Shown here one piece after another: positions 51,935-64,000 of a DNA stretch of 64,000 nucleotides (positions are counted from its first letter, which is position 1; the number at the start of each line of letters is the position of its first letter). The position numbers and the translations under genes were made by a program. The notes under the pieces were generated by a model, which worked only from the letters and a program-made list of their open reading frames with translations, ran no database searches and was not told the origin of the DNA. The stretch is from Eledone cirrhosa (lineage: Eukaryota): positions 311,364,001 through 311,428,000 of the forward strand of contig OZ024742.1 of NCBI GenBank assembly GCA_964016885.1, in the 5' to 3' direction.

Positions 51935-52605
51935 CATTGTGGAACTGGATGGCACCGTTATGAGGAAGGACAGGCCAGATGGTCGTGCCAAACCCATCTT
52001 ACATTGGAGCCCGGAACTGGATGGCACTGCTAAGAGGGAGGGACAGACCAGTTGGCTACACCGAAAACCTTTCACAGTAGAACCACAGTCTGGGAGCCTC
52101 GAACTGGATGGCGCCACTAATGAAGCAGGACAGGCCAGTTGGCCGCGCTGAACCCTTCTCACAGCAGAACCATAGTTTGGGAACTGCAACCATGTTTACA
52201 GCCCGGCATTGGAAGGTGCTGCTATGGGGAGAGACAGGCCAGTTGGCCGCGCTGAACCCTTCTCACAGCAGAACCATAGTTTGGGAACTGCAACCATGTT
52301 TACAGCCCGGCATTGGAAGGTGCTGCTATGGGGAGAGACAGGCCAGTTGGCCGCGCTGAACCCTTCTCACAGCAGAACCATAGTTTGGGAACTGCAACCA
52401 TGTTTACAGCCCGGCATTGGAAGGTGCTGCTATGGGGAGAGACAGGCCAGTTGGCCGTGCCTAACCCTTCTCACAGTGGAACTGAGTTTGGGATCCCGGA
52501 ACTGTATGGCACTACTGCTATAAGGAGGGACAGGCCAGTTGGCCATGCCAAAACGTTCACAGTGGAACCATAGTTTGGGAACTGCAACCACGTTTACAGC
52601 TTGGT
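51935..52605. repeat. 104-bp tandem repeat (3 near-perfect units plus diverged flanking units)
   Basis: acaggccagttggccgcgctgaacccttctcacag... recurs every 104 bp; adjoins a SINE/RTE tail at 51755-51935. Confidence 0.9.
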
Positions 52606-52852
52606 ACATATATATAAATCAGAATAGAACTAGTTTAAAACTAGTTAGACCATTACTCAACAGAGTACTCAATACTTGGGGTATGGTGATATTATCAAGA
52701 GCTCAGCCATCTGGTCCTGACTCTTTACAAGACGTATTTATATCTAAAAAAGTATATAATACACAAAACGCCAGCATCAACAGTTTTCCAAGAGATGGCA
52801 ACATGAATGGACCTGTTATTTTTCTCTAAAATCTTTCTAATTTCTCATTCTT

Positions 52853-52888
52853 TCTTCTGATGAAAGACTAGCATCCGAAACATTAAGA
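52853..52888 (+). ncRNA. Minimal hammerhead motif
   Basis: tctt CTGATGA aagactagcatcc GAAA cat TA aga; core intact, stem II decayed. Confidence 0.55.
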
Positions 52889-52950
52889 CCATGTCTGCTA
52901 TTTCATATACTATACCGATTTTGTTGTCATTTCTATTTACCTTTTACATA

Positions 52951-54161
52951 TCTATATATATAAAACAGAGGATGTCTGTCTGTCTGTCTGTGTAAATCCC
53001 TAAAACTCGAGAAGTATCCGACCGATTTTTTCAAACTTTACACATGCGTTACTTATATTTCTTGAAGTGCAATGGGATAAAAAAAATTTTACTTTTTCTG
53101 CCCTAGGCGAAAAACCGCATTTTAAAGGCATTTTTATGCTTTTTTGAGGCGTAACTTAAAGATAATCCAGCCGATTTCCTCGAAATTTGCAGCACACGTT
53201 AGTTAGTCCCCTCGCATTGCTGTGGACAAAAACTTCCGATTCCATTAATGGTTTCTAGGAAATTTACGAATTAGCATTGGGTATTACATGCCATTTTCAT
53301 TTTCAATATAAACGCTACTTAAACATTGTAAGTAGCGTATAATATTATATTTCGTTAAAAATTTGGTTTATTTAACAGAGAACACAACACTTACTTACTT
53401 TTAAGCAGGACCACTTTCGGGGGATTGAAGAAATAAGGAGGACCTTAAAATTTTTGTCGGCGCTCTGTTGATGCTTCGTGCTTTCATCACGCGCAAATCC
53501 GGGCCCTGTTATTGACACTGTAAAACTTACGTCTGTGCTACTTCTACTAAGACCCCTTTTGTTGCACATACACCGCAGTATAAATGCTCTGCGCAAGTAC
53601 GCCGAACAGTGGTTGTACTAATTCTACGGTGACCCCCCCACTTGAAATTGTTGATGGTGACCCCAATAGTAACTCCTAAGCGTTCGGCATCCGATATAAC
53701 AGTTCGGTCTACATCAGATTGGGTAGATTTACGAAGAGGCTATGGTTTCCTGTGGGGAAGGCCCAACATGCTGTGTGGTTGCATGACATGTCTTACTCAA
53801 GCATTGCAGGCTTTACTCTATACAGTATACATGCAGGTGCAATAGACATAACTGATGATGTCTGTCTAGATGACTGGGTGTGAATCTATAAAACTCGAAA
53901 AGTACCTAACCGATTTTCTCCAAATGGAAGAAAACCATACAAGATTTAATACGCTTAAAGAGTATCCAGCTGATTTTCTTCAGATTTTGCACATGCATGC
54001 AGATGTTTCATGATTCAGGCCTGCTGGTGTTCTAGGTTTCCAGTAGATCAACAATCATTCCTTGAGAATAAGGAAATTCAAAAAGTACACAGCTACATTC
54101 CTCAATCTTTGCATATGCGTATTGCTATTTCACGCTTCCAACGCCGGGTCCTGGTTGTTAG
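52951..54161 (+). mobile_element. Non-autonomous Helitron-like element
   Basis: A|TCTATATATATAAAA...(GTCT)n 5' end; CAACGCCGGGT...TTAG|T 3' end; AT target. Confidence 0.7.
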
Positions 54162-54199
<38 letters not shown>

Positions 54200-54220
54200 T
54201 ATATATATATATGTTTCATT

Positions 54221-54926
<706 letters not shown>

Positions 54927-55126
54927 GAAACACACAGATACATGCGGACACACACATACGGCCTCGATATGAATACCCCCTCCGCCTCCGTGGTATTTTC
55001 TTCGTGGTTATAAGAGGCTTAGCTCTGTTTCTCGACCGTTATATCGCGTGACTGTCTCCCCCTCCGCCTTTTGGGATTCTTTCTCACGTCGTGTAGACGC
55101 GTTCTTGAGACTAGTAAAATGAGGTA

Positions 55127-55214
55127 TCCTCTTGATAAGTCGGCAGACCTCGCAAGGACTCTATATCTTTGATATATTGTTTTTGTTTATGCCACGAAAC
55201 TACGTAGTCGAGGA
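55127..55214 (+). ncRNA. Type I hammerhead ribozyme, U3-A8 variant (copy 1)
   Basis: tcctc TTGATAA gtcggca (~44 nt) tgccac GAAA ctacgtag TC gagga; GUC site; palindromic stem III. Confidence 0.72.
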
Positions 55215-55717
55215 ATTTAGGAACAGTTTAGGTATGATACATTTTATTACTAATTATATCTAAATGTTTCTTCTCTCTTCATAATGTATTTTTAACTCTG
55301 ATACTGGTTCAGTCTGGTTCAAACTGAATTGGTCTGTCCCAGTCATTCATTGAGCAACATCGGTGAAGTTGGCACCCTTAACTCACAGTTGGGTGCGGAT
55401 GCATTCATGTATATATGTGTGTGTCCGCATGTATCTGTGTGTTTCTAAATATATTAATAACTCCCTCTGGTCGAGCAATCTTTGAAGTGTGGGGACAACT
55501 GGAAAGCTTCCATTACTCATACTTCTCGCCTTCTTCACTACCTCTTCTACGGCCTCGATATGAATACCCCCTCCGCCTCCGTGGTATTTTCTTCGTGGTT
55601 ATAAGAGGCTTAGCTCTGTTTCTCGACCGTTATATCGCGTGACTGTCTCCCCCTCCGCCTTTTGGGATTCTTTCTCACGTCGTGTAGACGCGTTCTTGAG
55701 ACTAGTAAAATGAGGTA

Positions 55718-55805
55718 TCCTCTTGATAAGTCGGCAGACCTCGCAAGGACTCTATATCTTTGATATATTGTTTTTGTTTATGCCACGAAACTACGTAGTC
55801 GAGGA
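55718..55805 (+). ncRNA. Type I hammerhead ribozyme, U3-A8 variant (copy 2)
   Basis: Identical to copy 1, offset 591 nt. Confidence 0.72.
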
Positions 55806-55877
55806 ATTTAGGAACAGTTTAGGTATGATACATTTTATTACTAATTATATCTAAATGTTTCTTCTCTCTTCATAATG

Positions 55878-56146
<269 letters not shown>

Positions 56147-56147
56147 A

Positions 56148-57640
56148 TAAGACGCCAGCAGCATAGCGCTGGGTGTCACGTTGGAGATAGGAGGTGTTGA
56201 GGTCGAGGATGCAGCCTGGCTTAGGAAGAAGGACGACTGCAACCACATCAATGTGGCCGAACTGGACGCAGTGTTGAGAGGGGTGAACCTCTGGGAACTT
56301 TAGGAGAGCTGGCCACCGAGTTCGACCTGAGGCTGAGCGTAGTTTTTGTGCCCTCAGAGAAAAATAGGGCGGACGTCTTAACTAGAAAGCGTGGATGGAA
56401 GCGCTGGAGGAGGTAGAAGATGAGATAGCTGCCGTGTGTCGGCTGACCGAGTCGGATCTGAAAGGGTTGCATGACATGCACCACATAGGAGTGGATAGGA
56501 GCCTGTTCCTAGCCAGGAGAATCGACTCGGACGTTAACAGACACAGTGTTCAAAGGGTGGTTAGAGGCTGCGTCCGATGTCAGTCCATTGATCCCGCCCC
56601 GGGTGTGCACGAAACGGGAAGCCTCCTGGTGAATCGTGACTGGAAGCGATTGGCGGTGGATGTAACGCACTACCGACAGGGAACGTACCTCTTGATGGTC
56701 GACTGTGAACCAGGACGGATGGCGATATGGAGGGAGATGAAGACTGGAACGGCCGAGGAAATCATGCGGACGTTGAGAGAGGTGTTCTTGGAGCGGGGCC
56801 CTGTGGACGAACTGTTGATGGACAACAGCGCAGCATTCCGCTCAGAGGCGCTGAGGCAGATGCTGGATGGATGGGAGGTGGACCGTTTCTTCAGAGCAGC
56901 GCACAGGCCGCGTGGGAATGGAATTGTGGAGCGACACCACCGGACGATCAAGGCAATGGCGGAGCCGGGCCATATCTCACCAATGGAGGCAGTGTTCTGG
57001 TACAACATGTCCCCTCAGGTGGGACAGGTCGAGGAATCGGTGCCACACAGAGCAGTATTCAGATACGAGTGGCGGCACCCGTGCACGTCACCACAACGGC
57101 CAGTGGGGAGAGAGAGTGCATTCGTGCAGGTGGGCGAAGAAGTCTGGGTTAAGCCCCCAGATGCACGTTGCACATCTCAATGGGGAAGGGGAACGGTGAC
57201 GGCCATAAATTCCCAGAACAATGTGTCCGTGGACGGAGTACCACGTCATGTCCTGGATTTCCGTAGAATCACTGTGTCAACGGACTCCGAGGAAGAGGAA
57301 ACCCAAAGTGCCGCCCCAACACTGCGGAGATCGCAAAGAAGTCGCAAACTACCAACCTGGACAGCAGACTTTCATATGCAGAAGGATGAGGGGGAAATTG
57401 ATCCTTGAGATCAGGGGGGGGGGCGTGTGGGTATGGTGTGGCGTGCGGTGGCCGGAAGCTGGGGAGTGCTCGACTGGAAGAGTGCTTGACCAGAAGGGTG
57501 CTTGGGCGGAAGGGTGCTCAACCGGAAGCTCCCGGTGTTAATGAGTTGGACGCACGTGGAAGATGTGAAACCAGCCATGGGATTTAGCGGCGCCTATGAA
57601 AAGCGGTAAGTGAGATAGCTTTTTCAAACCACAGTTTGTA
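56148..57640 (+). mobile_element. Ty3/Gypsy LTR retrotransposon fragment: RNase H remnant, integrase, PPT, start of 3' LTR
   Basis: HINVAELDAV, KNRADVLT; poly-G PPT at 57413-57423 followed by TG at 57426; GC-rich relative to flanks. Confidence 0.85.
56395..57408 (+). CDS. Retroviral-type DDE integrase (pol fragment)
   Basis: HHCC (H..HHIG...CVRC), LAVD, MDNS, GNGIVERHHRTIK. Confidence 0.88.
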   Translation: MEALEEVEDEIAAVCRLTESDLKGLHDMHHIGVDRSLFLARRIDSDVNRHSVQRVVRGCVRCQSIDPAPGVHETGSLLVNRDWKRLAVDVTHYRQGTYLLMVDCEPGRMAIWREMKTGTAEEIMRTLREVFLERGPVDELLMDNSAAFRSEALRQMLDGWEVDRFFRAAHRPRGNGIVERHHRTIKAMAEPGHISPMEAVFWYNMSPQVGQVEESVPHRAVFRYEWRHPCTSPQRPVGRESAFVQVGEEVWVKPPDARCTSQWGRGTVTAINSQNNVSVDGVPRHVLDFRRITVSTDSEEEETQSAAPTLRRSQRSRKLPTWTADFHMQKDEGEIDP

Positions 57641-57745
57641 TACAAATGGCGATATTACATAAGAGTGAGACTTGGGCATTGTGTGCTGAAGACCTGCGTA
57701 GATTAAAAAGAAATAACCCATGCTAGCGTGGATGATGGACGTTAA

Positions 57746-57777
<32 letters not shown>

Positions 57778-58419
57778 ATATATGTATACATACATATAAC
57801 CCATGCTAGCGTGGAAGATGGACGTTAAATGAAGATGATGATGAGATGATGATATATATACATATATATATAATCAAATCATTGGAATGTTATTCCGATG
57901 ATTTGATTAGGCATACACTGTATTTAAGGTTGAGTGACACAACTTCGAATGATTAGCAACCTTTAGACATCCTAATCAATGAAACAATTGTTAATACTGT
58001 AAATAAAACCCTTTTTGTACTGTTGGCCATGTTATTCTTCACTCTTTCACTATATATATATATATATATATAATCTCTTTGCTGCCGAATTGTCGATCTG
58101 AGAATGTAAGCAACCCACATTTTTCATAGTCCATTTGGCCAGTGATATTTAATGTTATTTAAGTCCGTTTAAAATCTAATCTCTTTTTCTCTCGGATTTT
58201 CATTTACTATTTCACATGTTTTTAATAATATGCCTCATTCTGTTGGACGCTTCCTAAAAACTAACCTTCTCCTAAAGTTACCCATTCCCCCCCACAAAAC
58301 ACCATTGCTATTTGATCCAATCATAACTCAGCAATTTATAGTAAGTTCTCTTACCAATCTCTATATCAAAGCCACCATCTCTGTTATTACTCCTTAAGTT
58401 TAGACCTGGTTACTTTTCG

Positions 58420-61400
58420 GTTTGCTAAATGGACTGCGAAATTTGGAGAGTCTGAACACTCAATGACAATGTCACAGATAAAGATAAATTCACCTCCTGC
58501 TGCCGGACGAGAATGCAAGGACTCTTCTATTATTTCAGACAAGGATAACCAACATAATTCCGTCAGCCCACAGCCCTCCTTGCCTCTCCAACGCATCCAT
58601 TCCACCCACCCAACGAAATCCAAAACTTCAGAGTTGGTACCATGAATGTAGGCACATTGAAAAGTTGCTCAAATGAGGTTGTAAAGATTCTTGAACGTAA
58701 GGAAGTTGACGTTTTTGTGTTCAAGAGACTAGGTGGAGAGGTGGGTCTGCTAGATTTATTGTGGGTAAAAAAGGATGCTATAAACTTTTCTGGGTGGGAA
58801 ATGACAATAGACTGGATGGAGTAGGAATCATGTTAGCTGAAAAATAGGTAGATAAGGTAATAGACATAAATAGACAGAATAATTAAAATAGGAATAGTTC
58901 TAAATAGAACTACTGTAACAATAATATCCGCTTATGCACCCAATATGGCCTACTTGACGTTATAAAAGCTAGGTTCTATGAGTGCTAATGCACACCACCT
59001 CCCAAATAACCGACAGCGACTACTTAATTATTGCTGGCAACCTTACTGGTCACCTTAGACAACATAGTGATGGCTATGATGGAATCCATGGAAGCTATGG
59101 GATTGGTACTAGAAATGATGAAGGCTTCAGAATCCTGGAATTCTGTGATGCTAATAACCTAGCTATCTGTAACACAAACTTCAAAAAACGAGACAATCAC
59201 TTGATCACCTATAGATCAGGGGAACACGCCAGCCAGATAGATTGTATCCTTATTAGAAGACGTAACAGAGTGTCTGTTGTAAACACTAAGTCCCTCCCCC
59301 GTGAAGAATGCACCTCCCAACATAACCTAGTAGTTAGTGACCTTATAGTCAGGACTAGACGTACTTGGTGACAGAGGAGAACTACCTTGAGGAGAAGAAT
59401 ATGGAAGTTGAAGGACCCCACAGCCAGTGACAAATTTAAAAGCTTATTACACCTATGATGCTTTGGACAGTAAAGAAGAGCAATTAGAGATGTACAATAT
59501 AGAGGGACAGTGGGAATTCTTGAAAGTTAACCTGCTGAAGGCGACAGATGAAATCTGTGGCTGGAGCAGACCTATAGGCAGGAGGAGGGTAACTTGGTGG
59601 TGGAACAGTAAGGTGGAGGAGACAATCAAGGCCAAAAAGCAGGCTTGGAAAGTATGGCGGGATGGGAGAAGTAGAGAACACTATTAAGTGTCCAGGAGAG
59701 AAGCTAGGAGACAAGTCTACCTTGCAAGAAGGGAAGCAGAGGATAGAAAGTTCAAGTATGTTCTACAACGCGAGGACCAAAAACGTGTGGTGTTCAGGAT
59801 TGCAAGGCAATGTGTCAAGGAAAATTGTGATATTGTCGGGGAGAAGTGTGACCATAATGATGATGGTGTACTTACCCGCACTGAGAAGGAGGTAGCTTGG
59901 AAGTGTCACTACGAGAGACTACTAAATGAGGAGAATAAATGGGAAAAAGATAGTCTGCTCCAAATCAATCCAATAGAGGGACCAGCAGTGCAAGTTGGTG
60001 GTTGTATAATAAGTAAGGCAATCAAAGATATGAAGACCGGCAAGGCGGCTGGGCCTTCGGAGATAGTTGCTGAGATGTTGAAAGCATCTAGAATGATGGG
60101 ACATACTATGGTCACCCATATAGTAAACCAAGTAATACAGAATGGGGTCATACCAAAAGACTGGCGTAGCGCATTGTCGTTAACACAAGGGTAAAGGAGA
60201 TACTCTAGATAGGGGAAACTATAGAGACATTAAGTTAGTTGACCAGGTCATGAAGGTCACAGAAAGAGTTATAGCACAACTAATCAGAGATCGAATTGAT
60301 CTAGTTTGGGTTTGTGTCAGGTAAAAGTACCATAGATGCTCTTTTCCTTGTACAACTACAGAAGTACCTAGCTAAAAATAAACCCCTCTACTTACCTTTT
60401 GTTGACTCGGAGAAAGTCTTTGACAAAGTCTCCCGTTCCAATATCTGGTGGGCCCTTTGAAAACTAGGTGTAGATGAATGGCTTGTGAGAGCTATACAAG
60501 CCATGTATAAAGAAACAGTCAGCAAGGTTAGAATTAATAATGAATATTGTGAAGAATTTAGTGTAAATGTTGGTGTTCATCAAGGCTCTGTCTTTAGCCC
60601 CCTCCTGTTTATTATTGCCCTTCAGACTATAACAGAGGAGTTTAAGACCAGCTGCCCATGGGAACTTCTATATGCAGATGATCTAACGCTCATAGCTGAA
60701 TCTATGGCTGAACTAGAGAAGAAATTCCAAACATGGAAGCATGGCCTAGAATCAAAAGGCCTTGAAGTTAACTTGTCTAAGACTAAAGTTCTAGTATGTA
60801 TAAAGGAGAATAGGGTACAGGTTCCCTCTGGGAAATGGCCATACTCAGATTGTAGGAAAGGAGTAGATAGAAATTCTATTCTACGTCCCAAATGCAAACT
60901 ATGGGTACAGAGACAAGCTATCTAAGAACGTAGATTTTATATGTGGCCGATGCTCAGGTGCAATAAGTAGCAAGTGCCCACAGGATACTAGCTCCTTCTG
61001 TTGCTCAAATGGTTCTATAGAAATAGTTGACACTTTCCGTTACCTGGGTGACAAAATCAGCAGTGGTGGTGGGTGTTCTGAAAGTACAGTAGCAAGAGTC
61101 AGAACAGGATGGAAAAAGTTCAGAGAGCTTATACCGCTGTTGCCAAAAAAGGTTTCTCTCTGAAAATGAAAGGCAGATTGTATGATGCTTGTATACGAAC
61201 AGCAATGTTACATGGCAGTGAGACATGGGCATTGTGTGCAAGGACCTACGCAGACTGGAAAAGAACGAAGCATACATGCTCCATTGGCTATGTAATAGTA
61301 ATATACACGAATGGCAAAACATAAATGAACTAAATTAGAAATTAGGAATAAGAGGGATCAGATGCTGTTGGCATGGTCATGTGATGCGCATGAAAGACGA

Positions 61401-61970
61401 CAGCTGTATAAAAAAGTGCAGGGCGATCAAAATTGATGGAAGTTACGGAGTAGGTAGACCCAGAAAAACCTGGGACGACATGATAAATTCAGACCTTGCA
61501 CACCTGCACCTCTCTAAGACAATGTCACTGGATCGAGATCTTTGGCACCACGCAGTAATACAGAAGACTCACCTTCCCTATGTGCAAAGTTAACCTACAG
61601 TCAGTAGGCCCATCCAAACCAAACATACACCCCAACCCACTACCCCTACTCCACCCTCCCACTCCCGCCAACACCACCCTTTCATCCAGTCCCAAATAAA
61701 TGAGATCGTGTAGGTGTCACAACAGAAAAACACACAGTCCACACTGTAATGTGGTCGTGTAGGTAACACGGTAAAAAGTTCCCAGTCCACACTATAAATG
61801 TGGTTGGTGTTAGGAAGGGCATCCAGCTGTAGAAAACCTGCCAGATAGTCCTATACGAGCGAGACACGGTCACCCGACCAATCTTGCCTCAAATGGGACA
61901 ATTCCCGTCTAACCCATACTAGTGTGGAAGATAGATGTTAAAGGATGATGATGATAATGATGATGATGAA
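58420..61970 (+). mobile_element. Near full-length degenerate RTE LINE (APE + RT + 3'UTR)
   Basis: MNVGTL APE start, ISAYAP, SQID, SQHNLV, RT YADD, GRPRKTW, (TGA)n tail; many frameshifts and stops. Confidence 0.92.
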
Positions 61971-62299
61971 GGAAAAGAAATCGAAAATGCAACTGGAATC
62001 TTTTTAAGAATATTTGTTTCCTTTACTGGTTTAACAGTTCTTATGCGTTTCAAAAGTAGAATTGAGATGGAGGGTTTGTGGTTTTTCTCAATATCATCAT
62101 CATCATCATCATCATCATCTTCGTTTAACGTCCATTTTCCACGCTACATATATATATATAAATGTAATCTGAGTTTTTTGAATATTAATAATAACATTCG
62201 ATTCATTTGCAATTATGCAAACAAACCTCATTTTCAAAGCCATGTCAGTAGAATGAACTCATCATTCTTGCTCTTGTGTTGGCATGTAAACAGATATAT

Positions 62300-62520
62300 A
62301 TATCACATAAGAAACGGAGAATCAGTGGTGCGACAAATTAAAATTTATTAGACATATTACAATCGTTTCTCTAGCAACCAATTGTAATATGTCTAATTAA
62401 TTTTAATTCATTGCACCACTGATTCTCCGTTTCTTATGTGATATTATACTCTGCTCTGTAAGAGCATCGAGTGCTCAAACGACCTACCGCATATGGACGC
62501 TTTAAGCATCCCACACCAAT
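62300..62520 (+). mobile_element. Small fold-back (~65-bp arms) plus PLE-type tail
   Basis: 62300-62364 versus 62380-62443; HHR 3' half GAAAcgattgTA at the centre; ATACTCTGCT...GAGTGCTC tail; (TA)n. Confidence 0.65.
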
Positions 62521-62980
62521 TATATATATATATATATTCTTTGCTTAAACTTTAATCTGTTATTTTAATGATAAATATTTGCTCTATGGTTTTTATATAT
62601 TTGATATATATATTATCCTTATCGAGCTCTCTTCGGATTTTAGTCTTCACATTTATTATTATTACTATATATATATAAATATAGATATATGTACACACAC
62701 AACATGACATCAATCATACATATCAACTGTAAATTTGTATTCCATATTTGTTGTCACATTATAAACATTGCAATTTGCTATGTATTTTCCTACAATAACA
62801 GAGCCTTCATGTTCATGCATGATATGCAGTTAATGCATAATTAGCATGTGAGTAGAAGATAAAATCTCTGATAGACTGATGAAATCAATTATTTCATACC
62901 TGACTTTTTCTAATACAAATATCATTGCTATAGAGTTACCATTCAACAAACCCTGTAACAATAAATCTCGCAAACAGCTA

Positions 62981-63545
62981 TCTATATATAAATTTGAGCG
63001 AATTCCATCCGTCCTTCCATCACGCAATGATTGAGGAAGGAAGGAGTGATGACAAACTACAGGAAACAGTGTCTCACATGTATGTCTGTGAGTGTGTATT
63101 TTTGTAAGTGTCTGTGTTTGCATGTTTATAATAATACTAGTCAGCCCCGAGCCACCATCAAAAATGATGGCTGATTGTAATATGTATACATAATATAAAA
63201 AAAGAGATGTTTGTTTGTTGGTTGCTTCATTTACGCTCACTCACACAATTGATAGACACATACAAACACACAGGTGTGACATAGATGTGTGTGTATTAGA
63301 CACCCGTTCCTTCTCAGTTGACGTAATCACCCCTTCATTCCTCAGTCGACGTAATCACCCTTTCTTTACTCAGTCGACGTAATCACCCCTTCCTTCCTCA
63401 ATAGACGTAATCACCCCTTCCTTCTTCAATTGACATAATTATCCCTTCCTTCCTCAGTCATCTCTAATGTGTGACAGATAAATACACAAGGGTATTATAT
63501 TAGTAGATACTAATACATGCGTCAGCATATTGAGAAAAATTCTAG
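62981..63545 (+). mobile_element. Non-autonomous Helitron-like element with internal ~27-bp tandem repeat
   Basis: A|TCTATATATAAA ... CTAG|T; unit cttcctcagtcgacgtaatcacccctt at 63305-63460. Confidence 0.6.
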
Positions 63546-64000
63546 TAAATGTAAATTACTGGTATGAGAAATATGATAATTAAGATAAAATAACATAGGC
63601 ATGGCTGGGTGGCTAAAATTCTTGCTTCACAAACTCATAGTTTCAGTTTTAATCCTACCGTGGGACATCTGGAACAAGTGTCATCTACAATAGCCTTGAT
63701 CAGACAAATGCCTTGTCAGGCAATTTGGTAGATGAAAACTATATGAAACCCAATATGTGGATACATGTGTATATGCATATGTCTGTGTGTATATGTGTAT
63801 GCATGTGTATATATGTGCATACATGTGTGTGTGTGTATGTATGTGTATATATGTGTATGTGTGTATATATATGTGTATGTATGTATGAATGTGTATGTAT
63901 GCGTATATATATATGTACATATGTGTCTATGTGCGTATATATGTGTATGTGTACGTATGTGTATATATGTGCATATATGTGTATGTGTATTTGTATCTGT

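Noticed and set aside
51939-52829. Repetitive ORFs
   Set aside because: Arise from a 104-bp tandem repeat whose period is not a multiple of 3
57871-57909. 18-bp-stem hairpin (miRNA or terminator candidate)
   Set aside because: Too short for a pre-miRNA, with no supporting context
62830-63240. 136-aa ORF
   Set aside because: Crosses a Helitron-like boundary, GTG start, no recognisable domain

Overview
AT-rich, repeat-dense animal genomic DNA; the TE/SINE content suggests an octopus or other coleoid cephalopod (inference). I reconstructed by eye one complete 7-coding-exon gene on the minus strand (CDS 41366 to 5163, about 416 aa). It encodes a signal peptide, a PAN/apple-like domain, a short EGF-like module, four Sushi/CCP domains and a short tail, and all splice phases match. 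The rest is mostly mobile DNA: RTE LINE copies with a partner tRNA-derived SINE, Vingi/Ingi-like and R4/Dong-like RT fragments, a Gypsy integrase fragment, Helitron-like, piggyBac-like and hAT-like non-autonomous elements, and several Penelope-like elements (PLEs). The most notable layer is non-coding. About ten type-I hammerhead ribozyme (HHR) motifs from at least five unrelated families sit mostly in fold-back insertions next to (TA)n tracts. These include an ORF-less, retrozyme-like 591-nt repeat whose HHR carries a compensatory U3-A8 core, and a Naiad-like PLE with 1.47-kb inverted arms whose intact HHR lies in the sense of the host pre-mRNA. All calls are manual; TE boundaries are approximate and no database search or folding program was run.
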